The notes under the pieces: model-generated
What the model saw: the letters and a program-made list of their open reading frames with translations, nothing else
What the model was told of the DNA's origin: nothing
Databases searched by the model: none
Part shown: positions 49,422 through 57,806 of the stretch, piece after piece
Numbering within the stretch: position 1 is the first letter of the stretch
Layout of the letters: each line of letters begins with the position of its first letter
Position numbers and translations under genes: made by a program
Assembly: GCA_927407015.1 (NCBI GenBank)
Contig: CAKMJT010000006.1
Span: forward strand, 2,153-66,152
Direction: 5' to 3'
DNA length: 64,000 nt
Source of the DNA: an uncultured Proteiniphilum sp.
GTDB lineage: Bacteria > Bacteroidota > Bacteroidia > Bacteroidales > Dysgonomonadaceae

Positions 49422-51521
49422 ATGGAACAACTTTTTTTGATCATTTCAGCATCCCTGCTTTTGCTGCTGCCCCCTTTTAAGGGGGCGGCGGCAGGCGGGA
49501 AGGCCATGGTGGAACCTGTTGGTGCCTCATCCCTTCCTTTTGACGGTGCTGTCAGCGAAATGATATACGACGAGCTGGGCAATGAGGCTGGGGTACAGAC
49601 TGTAACGGTTATCAGCCCGGAGCTGGTGCATCTGAAACTCGCTTTCAAGCTGGATCGGCCACTTCGGCAGGACGACTGGCGAATGACGCTGATGCCCGGC
49701 TTTACGCCCTCCTTTCACTGGGCGCCGCACCTCACCCCCACCCCGCACCATATCATCGATCAACATGTCTTTCGCTCTCCTGCACTTATCGTGGCGGATG
49801 AGAGGCAGGTGCTGGCATTAATACCGGATCTCGACATCATGCGGGTGGGGACACCGGTGAGATGGTATCTTGATATGGATGCGGAGCAGAACCAATTGAT
49901 CCTGGGGATGTGCAACAGCAGCGTGGATGACCATGTGCTGTTTCGGCGTGCACCGGGCGCCTCCTATCCGGAGGGTGTGGTGGAGGTGGGTTTTTACCTG
50001 CTCTGCACTACTGCGGAGGAGGCAATTGAGAACCCGTTCCGTAAACCGCTGGAGTTTATGTGGAGCCGCTGGGGAAACCCGCTCTACAGAAACGGTAATC
50101 CGCTGGAAGGATCACTGGAACCCTATGTGAAGCATACTTATAACTGGGCGTTCAACGGTTGGTACAATGCCGTATGGCAGGAGTTCACGCTCAATGGAAG
50201 AAGGGTGGGTGCCCCAGTATTCATCGTCAACGTGACACAGAGCCCCAACTACCCCGGCAGGGTGAATGAGCGCGAATTTCGCTCCATTTGGAACCAGGCA
50301 TGGTTCAGCTCCCTGCGCTCCGCGAGTGGTCTCTACCGCTATGCCAGGCGTACCGGTAACGACCGGTTGATGGAAAAAGCCCGGATGACCAAGGATTTGG
50401 CACTCTCCTTTCCGCAGCCGGATGGCTTTTTTTACGGCCTTATCGCCACCGAGATGGAAGAGGTGGAGGAAGAGGGAAAAAAATACAACCGCAGCAAGGG
50501 GTGGGACACCTACTACTGGGGTAATTCCAACCGGAACCCCTATAGTTGGAATCCCCGGGAAGCTCCTTTCCATATTCTCGACATGAGCTGGACCGCCCTG
50601 CTGATGCTTCGCTGGTACGATGAGCTGGAACAGGATCAACGCTTGTTCCGCTATGCGGAGACTTATGCCGCAGCATTAATGAAAAAACAGCTGCCGAATG
50701 GCTTCTTCCCCGGCTGGCTGGATCTGAACACACTCCAACCGATTCACCACCTGAATGACTCTCCCGAGACATCTTTGTCAGTCACCTTCCTGCTGAAGCT
50801 GTATGAACTGACAGGGAAGCAAGACTACCGCACTGCATCACTGAAAGCACTGGATGCCGTGATCCGTGAAGTGATTCCTGCCGGCAGGTGGGAGGATTTC
50901 GAAACCTATTGGTCCTGCTCTCGCTACGGAGCAGATCATCTGGTGGGAAAGAAGGTTATCCGAAACAACATGCATAAACAAAACAACTTCTCCATTTTCT
51001 GGACAGCAGAAGCACTGCTTGAAGCCTACCGGATTACTGGCGTCAAATATTACCTTTCACTGGGAGAGCGCACGCTCGATGAGTTACTGATGACCCAGGC
51101 ATCCTGGCAGCCCCCATATATGTATGTGAATGTACTGGGTGGCTTCGGGGTGATGAACGGCGATGGTGAGTGGAACGACTCGCGGCAGAGCCTTTTTGCC
51201 GAACTGATCCTGCGCTACGGCGCTCTACTTGAGAGAGAGGAGTACCGGGAGCGGGGTATTGCAGCTCTGAAAGCCTCCTTCGTGATGATGTACGCTCCCG
51301 AGAACCCGGTAACGAGCCGTCAGTGGGAGAAGGTTTATCCCTTCTTTGGAGAAGCAGATTACGGCTTTACGATGGAGAACTACGGTCACGGGGGACGAAC
51401 CAGTCCCGAAGGGGAAGGAATGGGTGAATTTACCATCTACGACTGGGGGAACGGTGCTGCTGCGGAGGCATATAACCGCATCCTAGATCATTTTCCAGAG
51501 ATTGGGAAAATAATAAGATAA
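49422..51521 (+). CDS. hypothetical secreted protein, 699 aa, C-terminal half looks like an (alpha/alpha)6-barrel
   Basis: Hydrophobic N-terminus MEQLFLIISASLLLLLPPF. Repeated helix-pair blocks: 'TALLMLRWYDELEQDQRLFRYAETYAAAL', 'SVTFLLKLYELTGKQDYRTASLKALDAV', 'FWTAEALLEAYRITGVKYYLSLGERTLDEL' and 'LFAELILRYGALLEREEYRERGIAALKA'. No family recognised. Confidence 0.7.
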   Translation: MEQLFLIISASLLLLLPPFKGAAAGGKAMVEPVGASSLPFDGAVSEMIYDELGNEAGVQTVTVISPELVHLKLAFKLDRPLRQDDWRMTLMPGFTPSFHWAPHLTPTPHHIIDQHVFRSPALIVADERQVLALIPDLDIMRVGTPVRWYLDMDAEQNQLILGMCNSSVDDHVLFRRAPGASYPEGVVEVGFYLLCTTAEEAIENPFRKPLEFMWSRWGNPLYRNGNPLEGSLEPYVKHTYNWAFNGWYNAVWQEFTLNGRRVGAPVFIVNVTQSPNYPGRVNEREFRSIWNQAWFSSLRSASGLYRYARRTGNDRLMEKARMTKDLALSFPQPDGFFYGLIATEMEEVEEEGKKYNRSKGWDTYYWGNSNRNPYSWNPREAPFHILDMSWTALLMLRWYDELEQDQRLFRYAETYAAALMKKQLPNGFFPGWLDLNTLQPIHHLNDSPETSLSVTFLLKLYELTGKQDYRTASLKALDAVIREVIPAGRWEDFETYWSCSRYGADHLVGKKVIRNNMHKQNNFSIFWTAEALLEAYRITGVKYYLSLGERTLDELLMTQASWQPPYMYVNVLGGFGVMNGDGEWNDSRQSLFAELILRYGALLEREEYRERGIAALKASFVMMYAPENPVTSRQWEKVYPFFGEADYGFTMENYGHGGRTSPEGEGMGEFTIYDWGNGAAAEAYNRILDHFPEIGKIIR

Positions 51522-51608
51522 ACAGAAGAGATCCGTTAGGCAGGCCATGCTGGTTACCCGATGGGAGTACAAGAAGATGAACAGAATGAAAAAACAATAT
51601 GAAACAAT

Positions 51609-52874
51609 ATGAAGAAACGAAATCAATTGAGTGGAGTCGTTGCCGCAGTGCTGATCGGGGGGGTGTTTACCCTCTCCTGCACAGGTAACAGGAAAAAAAC
51701 GGAATCTATGGAAATGAACTATGAAAAAGGAACGTTTGGGTATGACCTGAACTACCTCTCGGAAAAAGACAGCCTGATCCTCCTGAAATCGGAAGATGAA
51801 AAGGCACAGGTGATTCTTTCTGCAAAGTACCAGGCAAAGGTTTTCACTTCTACGGCTAACGGCCTGGAGGGAAACAGCCACGGCTTTGTCAACTACAAAT
51901 TCTTCGATGCCGGTATCGTGGATGAGCACATGAACGGCTTTGGCGGTGAAAACCGCTTCTGGCTCGGCCCGGAGGGGGGACAATACTCGGTCTTCTTTGC
52001 ACCGGGAACGGAACAGGTGTATGACAACTGGCACACTCCCAAGCCGATCGATATCGAGGCATGGGAGCTGGACGCTGCTTCTGCCACGGAGGCTGCTTTC
52101 TCCAAAGAGATGGAGGTGAGAAACTATCGGGGTACAGAGCTGAAGATCGGAGCTGAACGGAAAGTCATGTTGCTCTCCAAGGAGGAGAGCAGCAGGGAGC
52201 TGGGATTAAATCTTCCCGGGGAGATGGAGATGGTGGCTTACAGTACCGAGAACAGGATCATCAATCGCAACGATTTTGCCTGGAACGAGGAGACCGGTAC
52301 CGTCTGTATCTGGATGCTCGATATGTTTATCCCGTCCGACTCTGCAGTGACGGTAATCCCCTATCAAACAGGGAGTGAAAAAGAGTTAGGCCGTGTTGTT
52401 ACATCAGATTATTTCGGAGAAATCCATCCCGATCGACTGATCGATGAAAATGGGGTTCTTTTTTTTAAAACGGATGGAAAATCGAGGGGAAAGCTGGGGA
52501 TGAACGCGCACAGGACCAAAGGGATCGCGGCCAACTACGACCCGATCGGGGGGCGGCTTACCGTGATGACCTTCACCACACAACCTGACGCCACCTACCT
52601 CAACCAGGAGTGGAACCCGGAGAAAGATCCCCTGAAAGGTGACGCTCTCAACGCCTACAACGACGGCCCGCTGGAAGATGGTAGCATCATGGGCCCCTTC
52701 CTGGAGCTTGAGAGCTGCTCACCGGCCGCTTTTTTAAAACCGGGCGAATCACGCTCTCACAAGCACAATGTGTACCATTTCGAGGGTAATGAGGTCTCCC
52801 TCTCCCCTATTTCAGAAAAATTACTGGGTGTGAGCCTGGAGAAAGTAAAGAATATTTTTAATAGCAATCGGTAA
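51609..52874 (+). CDS. hypothetical lipoprotein, 421 aa (possibly mutarotase-like beta-sandwich; family not recognised)
   Basis: Lipobox 'GGVFTLSC' followed by the basic TGNRKK, which suggests periplasm-facing. 'NGFGGENRFWLGPEGGQYSVFF' is reminiscent of aldose-epimerase-like folds, but only weakly. Confidence 0.65.
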   Translation: MKKRNQLSGVVAAVLIGGVFTLSCTGNRKKTESMEMNYEKGTFGYDLNYLSEKDSLILLKSEDEKAQVILSAKYQAKVFTSTANGLEGNSHGFVNYKFFDAGIVDEHMNGFGGENRFWLGPEGGQYSVFFAPGTEQVYDNWHTPKPIDIEAWELDAASATEAAFSKEMEVRNYRGTELKIGAERKVMLLSKEESSRELGLNLPGEMEMVAYSTENRIINRNDFAWNEETGTVCIWMLDMFIPSDSAVTVIPYQTGSEKELGRVVTSDYFGEIHPDRLIDENGVLFFKTDGKSRGKLGMNAHRTKGIAANYDPIGGRLTVMTFTTQPDATYLNQEWNPEKDPLKGDALNAYNDGPLEDGSIMGPFLELESCSPAAFLKPGESRSHKHNVYHFEGNEVSLSPISEKLLGVSLEKVKNIFNSNR

Positions 52875-52883
52875 TCAGAATAA

Positions 52884-52938
52884 CCTGACTAAGCACTGAC
52901 GACTGAAAACTGAGCACTGAGCGCTGACAACTGAATAC
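52884..52938. repeat. degenerate short-period 'ACTGA-word' low-complexity tract
   Basis: cctgactaagcactgacgactgaaaactgagcactgagcgctgacaactgaatac: CTGA recurs 7 times at 6-9-nt spacing, in the 86-nt spacer before the permease gene. Confidence 0.7.
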
Positions 52939-52960
52939 AGAACATCGACAACTTAAAAAA

Positions 52961-54406
52961 ATGAATACAAATTCAGAAAAACACCGGCTGGTTCCGGCAG
53001 GGATCATTTTCCCCTTTATCCTTCTCACTTCTCTCTTTTTTATCTGGGCGGTTCCCAACAACATGACCGACACCATGCTGGCGGCATTCAAGCGCATCAT
53101 GAGCCTTTCCGATACGCAGACAGCCTGGATACAGGTTGTCTGCTACTTATTGGGTTATGGCTGTTTCGCATTGCCCGGTGCCATCTTCATCAAAAAGCAT
53201 ACCTATAAATCGGGTGTCCTGCTTGGTTTAGGGTTATGCATTACGGGTACCCTCCTGTTTTATCCGGCGATGCTGGCCAACAGCATCAGTTCACCACTGA
53301 GTTTTGCAACGTATCTGTTTGCAATCTTCGTTCTGTTTGCAGGTTTATCAGTTCTGGAGACTTCAACGAATGCCTATGTATACTCCCTGGGTGATCCGGT
53401 AACCGCTACACGGCGACTCAATTTCTCTCAGTCGTTTAACCCTTTTGGCGCACTCTCCGGTGTTTTGGCGAGCCAGATTTTCATACTGTCGCAGTTAAAT
53501 ACCATGACTGCTGCCAAAAGAGATGCCCTGAGCGGATCGGAACTGGTTGCCATACAGAATGGAGAGTTGAATGCCGTGACCACAGCTTATATGATCCTGG
53601 GCGTAGTGATGCTGGTGCTCTTTCTGTTGATCTACTTTACCCGGATGCCCAAAGCACAGGACGACGATAAAAGTCTGGATCTGAAAGCAACCTGGGGACG
53701 CTTGAAGCGGAACAAGAACTACGTGTGGGGTGTGATTGCACAGTTTTTCTACGTGGGTGCCCAGATTGCCGTCTGGTCGTTCATCATTCGTTACGCCATG
53801 CAGCAGCTTAATTTCGATGCCGTTATTGCAGGCCTGGGAGCTAACCCTTCACAGGATGCCATCATTGGGGCATTGCGTAGTGTAGAGCCTATTGCCGGGG
53901 GATTCTATGCATTTACCGAAGCCATTGGCCTTGACGTTCTGCTGCCCCGTACGGCTGAGCAGGCCGGTGCCACCTATTACATCATGTCGCTCATCCTTTT
54001 TGTGTTGGGACGGTTCATCTGCACGTGGCTGATGAAATATATCCGGCCGGTCAACCTCTTATCTGCACTGGCTATATTGGCTGTAATCCTTTCGCTGATT
54101 GCCATTTATGGACAAGGATTTGCGGGAGTCTATGCGCTGATGGGCATTTCCGGATGTATGTCGCTGATGTTTCCCACCATCTACGGATTGGGTATGAGGG
54201 GGCTGGGAGAAGATACCAAGATTGCCGGATCAGGGATGGTAATGGCGATTGCCGGTGCAGCACTGCTGACCCAGATACAGGGAATCCTCTCCGATCAGGC
54301 CGGAAGTATTAATTTTGCCTACTGGGTGCCGGCTATCGCGTTTTTAATAATCGCTTTTTATAGTTTGACGGTTGCCCGCAGCAAAAAGCTGGGCAATGGA
54401 AATTAA
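52961..54406 (+). CDS. fucP: MFS sugar:H+ symporter, L-fucose permease (FucP) family
   Basis: 481 aa, about 12 TM segments. 'FFIWAVPNNMTDTMLAAFKRIMSLS' resembles the FucP N-terminal block (FFLWGFANxLNDILIPxFK). Confidence 0.75.
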   Translation: MNTNSEKHRLVPAGIIFPFILLTSLFFIWAVPNNMTDTMLAAFKRIMSLSDTQTAWIQVVCYLLGYGCFALPGAIFIKKHTYKSGVLLGLGLCITGTLLFYPAMLANSISSPLSFATYLFAIFVLFAGLSVLETSTNAYVYSLGDPVTATRRLNFSQSFNPFGALSGVLASQIFILSQLNTMTAAKRDALSGSELVAIQNGELNAVTTAYMILGVVMLVLFLLIYFTRMPKAQDDDKSLDLKATWGRLKRNKNYVWGVIAQFFYVGAQIAVWSFIIRYAMQQLNFDAVIAGLGANPSQDAIIGALRSVEPIAGGFYAFTEAIGLDVLLPRTAEQAGATYYIMSLILFVLGRFICTWLMKYIRPVNLLSALAILAVILSLIAIYGQGFAGVYALMGISGCMSLMFPTIYGLGMRGLGEDTKIAGSGMVMAIAGAALLTQIQGILSDQAGSINFAYWVPAIAFLIIAFYSLTVARSKKLGNGN

Positions 54407-56041
54407 ATGATTATGAATCAATATATTGTAGGGATAGACTATGGCACGGATTCCTGCCGTGCAATCGTTGTGAATAGCACCACAGGAAAAGAAGAGGCAT
54501 CATATACTGCTTTTTATCCGTGCTGGAGAAAGGGTTTATATTGTGACCCTGCCCAAAACCGCTACCGCCAGCATCCACAGGATTATATCGATTCACTGGA
54601 AGAGGCAATTCGTGGTGTTTTGAGGCAGATGAAGCCCGCAGAGATTGACAACATCGTCGCACTGGGTATCGATACCACCGGGAGTACACCCTGTCTGACA
54701 GACCGGAATGGGATTCCCCTGGCGCTGTTGCCCGGGTACGAAGAGGATCCCGACGCCATGTTCGTGTTATGGAAAGACCATACCGCCGTCAACGAGGCGG
54801 ATGAGATCAACAGACTGGCCCATGGGTGGGAGACCGACTATACCGCACGCTCCGGAGGAATCTACTCCTCCGAATGGTTCTGGTCAAAGGCACTCCATAT
54901 CCTGCGGCAGAACGAACGCATCCGCCGCGATGCCCGGGGACTGATCGAACATTGCGACTGGATGCCGGCACTGCTGACCGGCAACCTCTTGCCTGAGAAG
55001 GTGAAGAGAAGCCGCTGCGCCGCCGGGCACAAAGGGATGTGGGCGGAGGAATGGGGCGGTTACCCTTCCGCGGCGTTCCTTTCCAGGCTCGATCCCCTGC
55101 TGGGCGAATTCAGGGCGCTTTTAAGCGACGAAACCCATACCGGCGATACTCCGGTCGGGATCCTCACCGAAGAGTGGTCTGAGCGGCTTGGATTGCCCCG
55201 CAGCGTGGTGGTCTCTGCCGGCATCCTCGATGCACATGCCGGGGCCATAGGTGCCGGCATCCGCCCGAACAGCATGGTAAAGATCATCGGCACTTCCACC
55301 TGCGACATCGTGGTCACCCCGAAACAGGATATCGGTGACAAGCTGATCCCGGGCATCAGTGGTCAGGTGGATGGCTCCGTGATCCCCGGGCTGATCGGAC
55401 TGGAAGCGGGACAATCGGCTTTCGGCGACATTTATGCCTGGTTCAGGGATCTACTTTCCTGGACTGCAAATACCCTTCCGGAGAAAGAGAGGGTCGCATT
55501 GGCCGGTAACCTTTTGCAGCAGCTTACTGTCGAGGCAGAAAAATTACCACTTACGGTGGCAGACCCGATTGCCAACGATTGGCTGAATGGTCGCCGCTCC
55601 CCTTTTGCCGATCAGACCCTGAAAGGAGGCATTATCGGGATCACCCTGGGAACTACACCGGCACAACTTTTCAAGAGCCTGGTGGAGGCTACCGCCTTCG
55701 GATCGCGAGCCATCCTGGAGCATCTCGGACAAGAGGGGGTACGGGTGGATGAGGTGATCGGCGTGGGGGGCATTTCTCTGAAGTCGCCTTACGTGATGCA
55801 GACCCTGGCCGATGTGATGGGAGTACCCATCAAAGTGGCTGCCGCACAACAGGCCGGCGCATTGGGTGCGGCCATGTGCGCGGCCGTTTCAGCAGAGGTT
55901 TTCCATACAATGGAGAATGCCCGGGAATCCTTGGGACAGGGCTATAAAACGGTGTACGTTCCGCGTGCGGAAAATCGGGAGACATACAACGCATTGTATG
56001 AAAAATATTGGCAACTAAACCGGTTTTTGGAAGCAAGATAA
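54407..56041 (+). CDS. FGGY-family ribulokinase (AraB-like)
   Basis: The ATG directly abuts the permease stop (TAAATG). Contains 'YIVGIDYGTDSCRAIVV', 'GIDTTGSTP', 'SSEWFWSKALHIL', 'IGTSTCD' and 'GGISLKSPYVMQTLADVMGVPIKV'. The 544-aa length is typical of AraB. Confidence 0.8.
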   Translation: MIMNQYIVGIDYGTDSCRAIVVNSTTGKEEASYTAFYPCWRKGLYCDPAQNRYRQHPQDYIDSLEEAIRGVLRQMKPAEIDNIVALGIDTTGSTPCLTDRNGIPLALLPGYEEDPDAMFVLWKDHTAVNEADEINRLAHGWETDYTARSGGIYSSEWFWSKALHILRQNERIRRDARGLIEHCDWMPALLTGNLLPEKVKRSRCAAGHKGMWAEEWGGYPSAAFLSRLDPLLGEFRALLSDETHTGDTPVGILTEEWSERLGLPRSVVVSAGILDAHAGAIGAGIRPNSMVKIIGTSTCDIVVTPKQDIGDKLIPGISGQVDGSVIPGLIGLEAGQSAFGDIYAWFRDLLSWTANTLPEKERVALAGNLLQQLTVEAEKLPLTVADPIANDWLNGRRSPFADQTLKGGIIGITLGTTPAQLFKSLVEATAFGSRAILEHLGQEGVRVDEVIGVGGISLKSPYVMQTLADVMGVPIKVAAAQQAGALGAAMCAAVSAEVFHTMENARESLGQGYKTVYVPRAENRETYNALYEKYWQLNRFLEAR

Positions 56042-56424
56042 ACACGCGGTTCTTAATTTGTTTCTATCCAAATAAAAAACAGGGATTGTCTGTTCAGTTT
56101 GAGCAGGTGGTCTCGGTTTCAATTTTCAATGGATTTATTGATTTTCTATAAAACATGTCTCTATCACCAAATTACAGTGTAAAAATACATCTTTTTTGTC
56201 ACAAAACCAAATATGAGTCTGCTCCGAAAACCCTTAAAGCCGATTTTAATGGATTGTAATATATTGAGAATCAGGGTTCGTTTTTGTACATTTAAGCATA
56301 AAAGACTTATCGGAGGGGACTCAAATATAAAATTAAAATATATTGTAACAAATCCAGAGATTACATTGCGTTCTGGCAGAAGAAGGCGTTAAATTGAATA
56401 AAGCTCACAAGAAGTGATACCATA

Positions 56425-57201
56425 TTATCCCGCCACATTGGTTTTAATCCCCAGCTCCCCTACCCGTGCGGAAATTTTTTGCAGGAGAGCCAGGGGGGCT
56501 TTTTCAAGCTCCCTGGCGGGTGTTTCCCGATCGATGGTGTAGATCATCACCTCGCGGGGCCGGAGCTCTCTGACGAGCGCTAACCAGGCTGAGATCTCTT
56601 TTTCCGTGGTATTATCGATTACATTCCCCTCAAATGTCCCTTTCAAGAAAAGGGTCTGGAGAATAAAATTACCTTGAAACTGTTTGTAATGATCCACCTG
56701 CATAGCTACGCTGTAACCGGGAGCGTTGGGACGATCGATCAGCCGGACGGTTTCGTCGAAGGCGGAGTCCAGTTTCAGGATGGGGTTGTCAACCTTTCTC
56801 ATGGCATCGAAGACCTCTTTCTTGTTGAGATGCAGTCCGTTGGAAAGCACGCTGATCTTTGCGCCCGGGAAATAACGATTACGAAGCACCAGGGTATCGT
56901 CGATGATGCCGTCGAACTCAGGGTGCATGGTGGGCTCACCGTTTCCGGCAAAGGTGATCACGTCGGGTGTTACTCTCTCCCTTTGAAGCTGTTGCAGCCT
57001 GTCCTCCAGGGCGGCACGCACGTTCTCCCGGTCAGGTAGTTTTGTTTTGGTGCGGAAATCCCTGTTGAACCCGCACTCGCAGTAGATACAATCGAATGAA
57101 CAAAGTTTACCGTCGTAGGGCAAAAGGTTTACACCCAATGAGGTTCCCATTCTCCTGCTGTGTACAGGGCCATATACTATTTCGTGAAAAAGAATCGTCA
57201 T
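56425..57201 (-). CDS. radical SAM protein
   Basis: The CxxxCxxC cluster 'CSFDCIYCECG' sits near the N-terminus after 'GPVHSRRMGTSLGVNL'. 258 aa. Confidence 0.8.
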   Translation of the reverse strand: MTILFHEIVYGPVHSRRMGTSLGVNLLPYDGKLCSFDCIYCECGFNRDFRTKTKLPDRENVRAALEDRLQQLQRERVTPDVITFAGNGEPTMHPEFDGIIDDTLVLRNRYFPGAKISVLSNGLHLNKKEVFDAMRKVDNPILKLDSAFDETVRLIDRPNAPGYSVAMQVDHYKQFQGNFILQTLFLKGTFEGNVIDNTTEKEISAWLALVRELRPREVMIYTIDRETPARELEKAPLALLQKISARVGELGIKTNVAG

Positions 57202-57347
57202 AAGAAATAAGAAATAAGAAGATGAAAGTTTGTTGCGGCTTACGGCTTACCACGAACTGATTACCACCTAAAGCTTATAGCTTAACGCTGCCGTTGCCAA
57301 CTTATAACCAACAACTAACAGCTTATAGCAGAAAGCTGATTGCTGAA

Positions 57348-57800
57348 TCAAAACCAGGTAAGTACTCCTCCCACGCCGAAACCGATCAGCAGGTACCGCA
57401 AAAACTTGCCGACAGTCATGGTGATCATCACCACAGGACTGTTGGCACGCATGTAGCCGAGTGCCACAAGCATCCCGTCGCCTACCACGGGCAGAAAGCC
57501 GAAGAAGCCCATCACGGCCCCTTTGCCGTGCAGCCATTGAATGGTATGCTCTATCTTCTCCGGTTTGATCCGGAACCATTTCACCAGCCACTCTGTCTTG
57601 CCCAGCCGGCCTAAATAATAGCAGGTGGCTCCTCCGACCGCATTGCCGATGGTGGCAAAAAAGATACATTGCCAGATATCCATTCCGGCGGCGATGAGTG
57701 CTGCAAAGACAACCTCCGAGCTGAAGGGCAACACGGTAGCCGCCAGAAAGGAGGCGAGCAGCAATCCCCAGTAACCATACTCTGCAAATCCGTCAAGCAT
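57348..57800 (-). CDS. YqaA/DedA-related membrane protein
   Basis: 'GYWGLLLASFLAATVLPFSSEVVFAALIAAG', 'ATIGNAVGGATCYYLGRLG' and 'FGFLPVVGDGMLVALG'. 150 aa with 4 TM segments. Starts 7 nt after the polA stop. Confidence 0.8.
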   Translation of the reverse strand: MLDGFAEYGYWGLLLASFLAATVLPFSSEVVFAALIAAGMDIWQCIFFATIGNAVGGATCYYLGRLGKTEWLVKWFRIKPEKIEHTIQWLHGKGAVMGFFGFLPVVGDGMLVALGYMRANSPVVMITMTVGKFLRYLLIGFGVGGVLTWF

Positions 57801-57806
57801 AATGGG

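Noticed and set aside
56042-56424. 383-bp ORF-free AT-rich convergent spacer after the ribulokinase gene; examined for ncRNA, terminators and mobile-element ends.
   Set aside because: I found no convincing hairpin plus T-run, no inverted terminal repeats, and no similarity to RNA families I can recognise by eye. It needs an Infernal/Rfam scan rather than a call from me.
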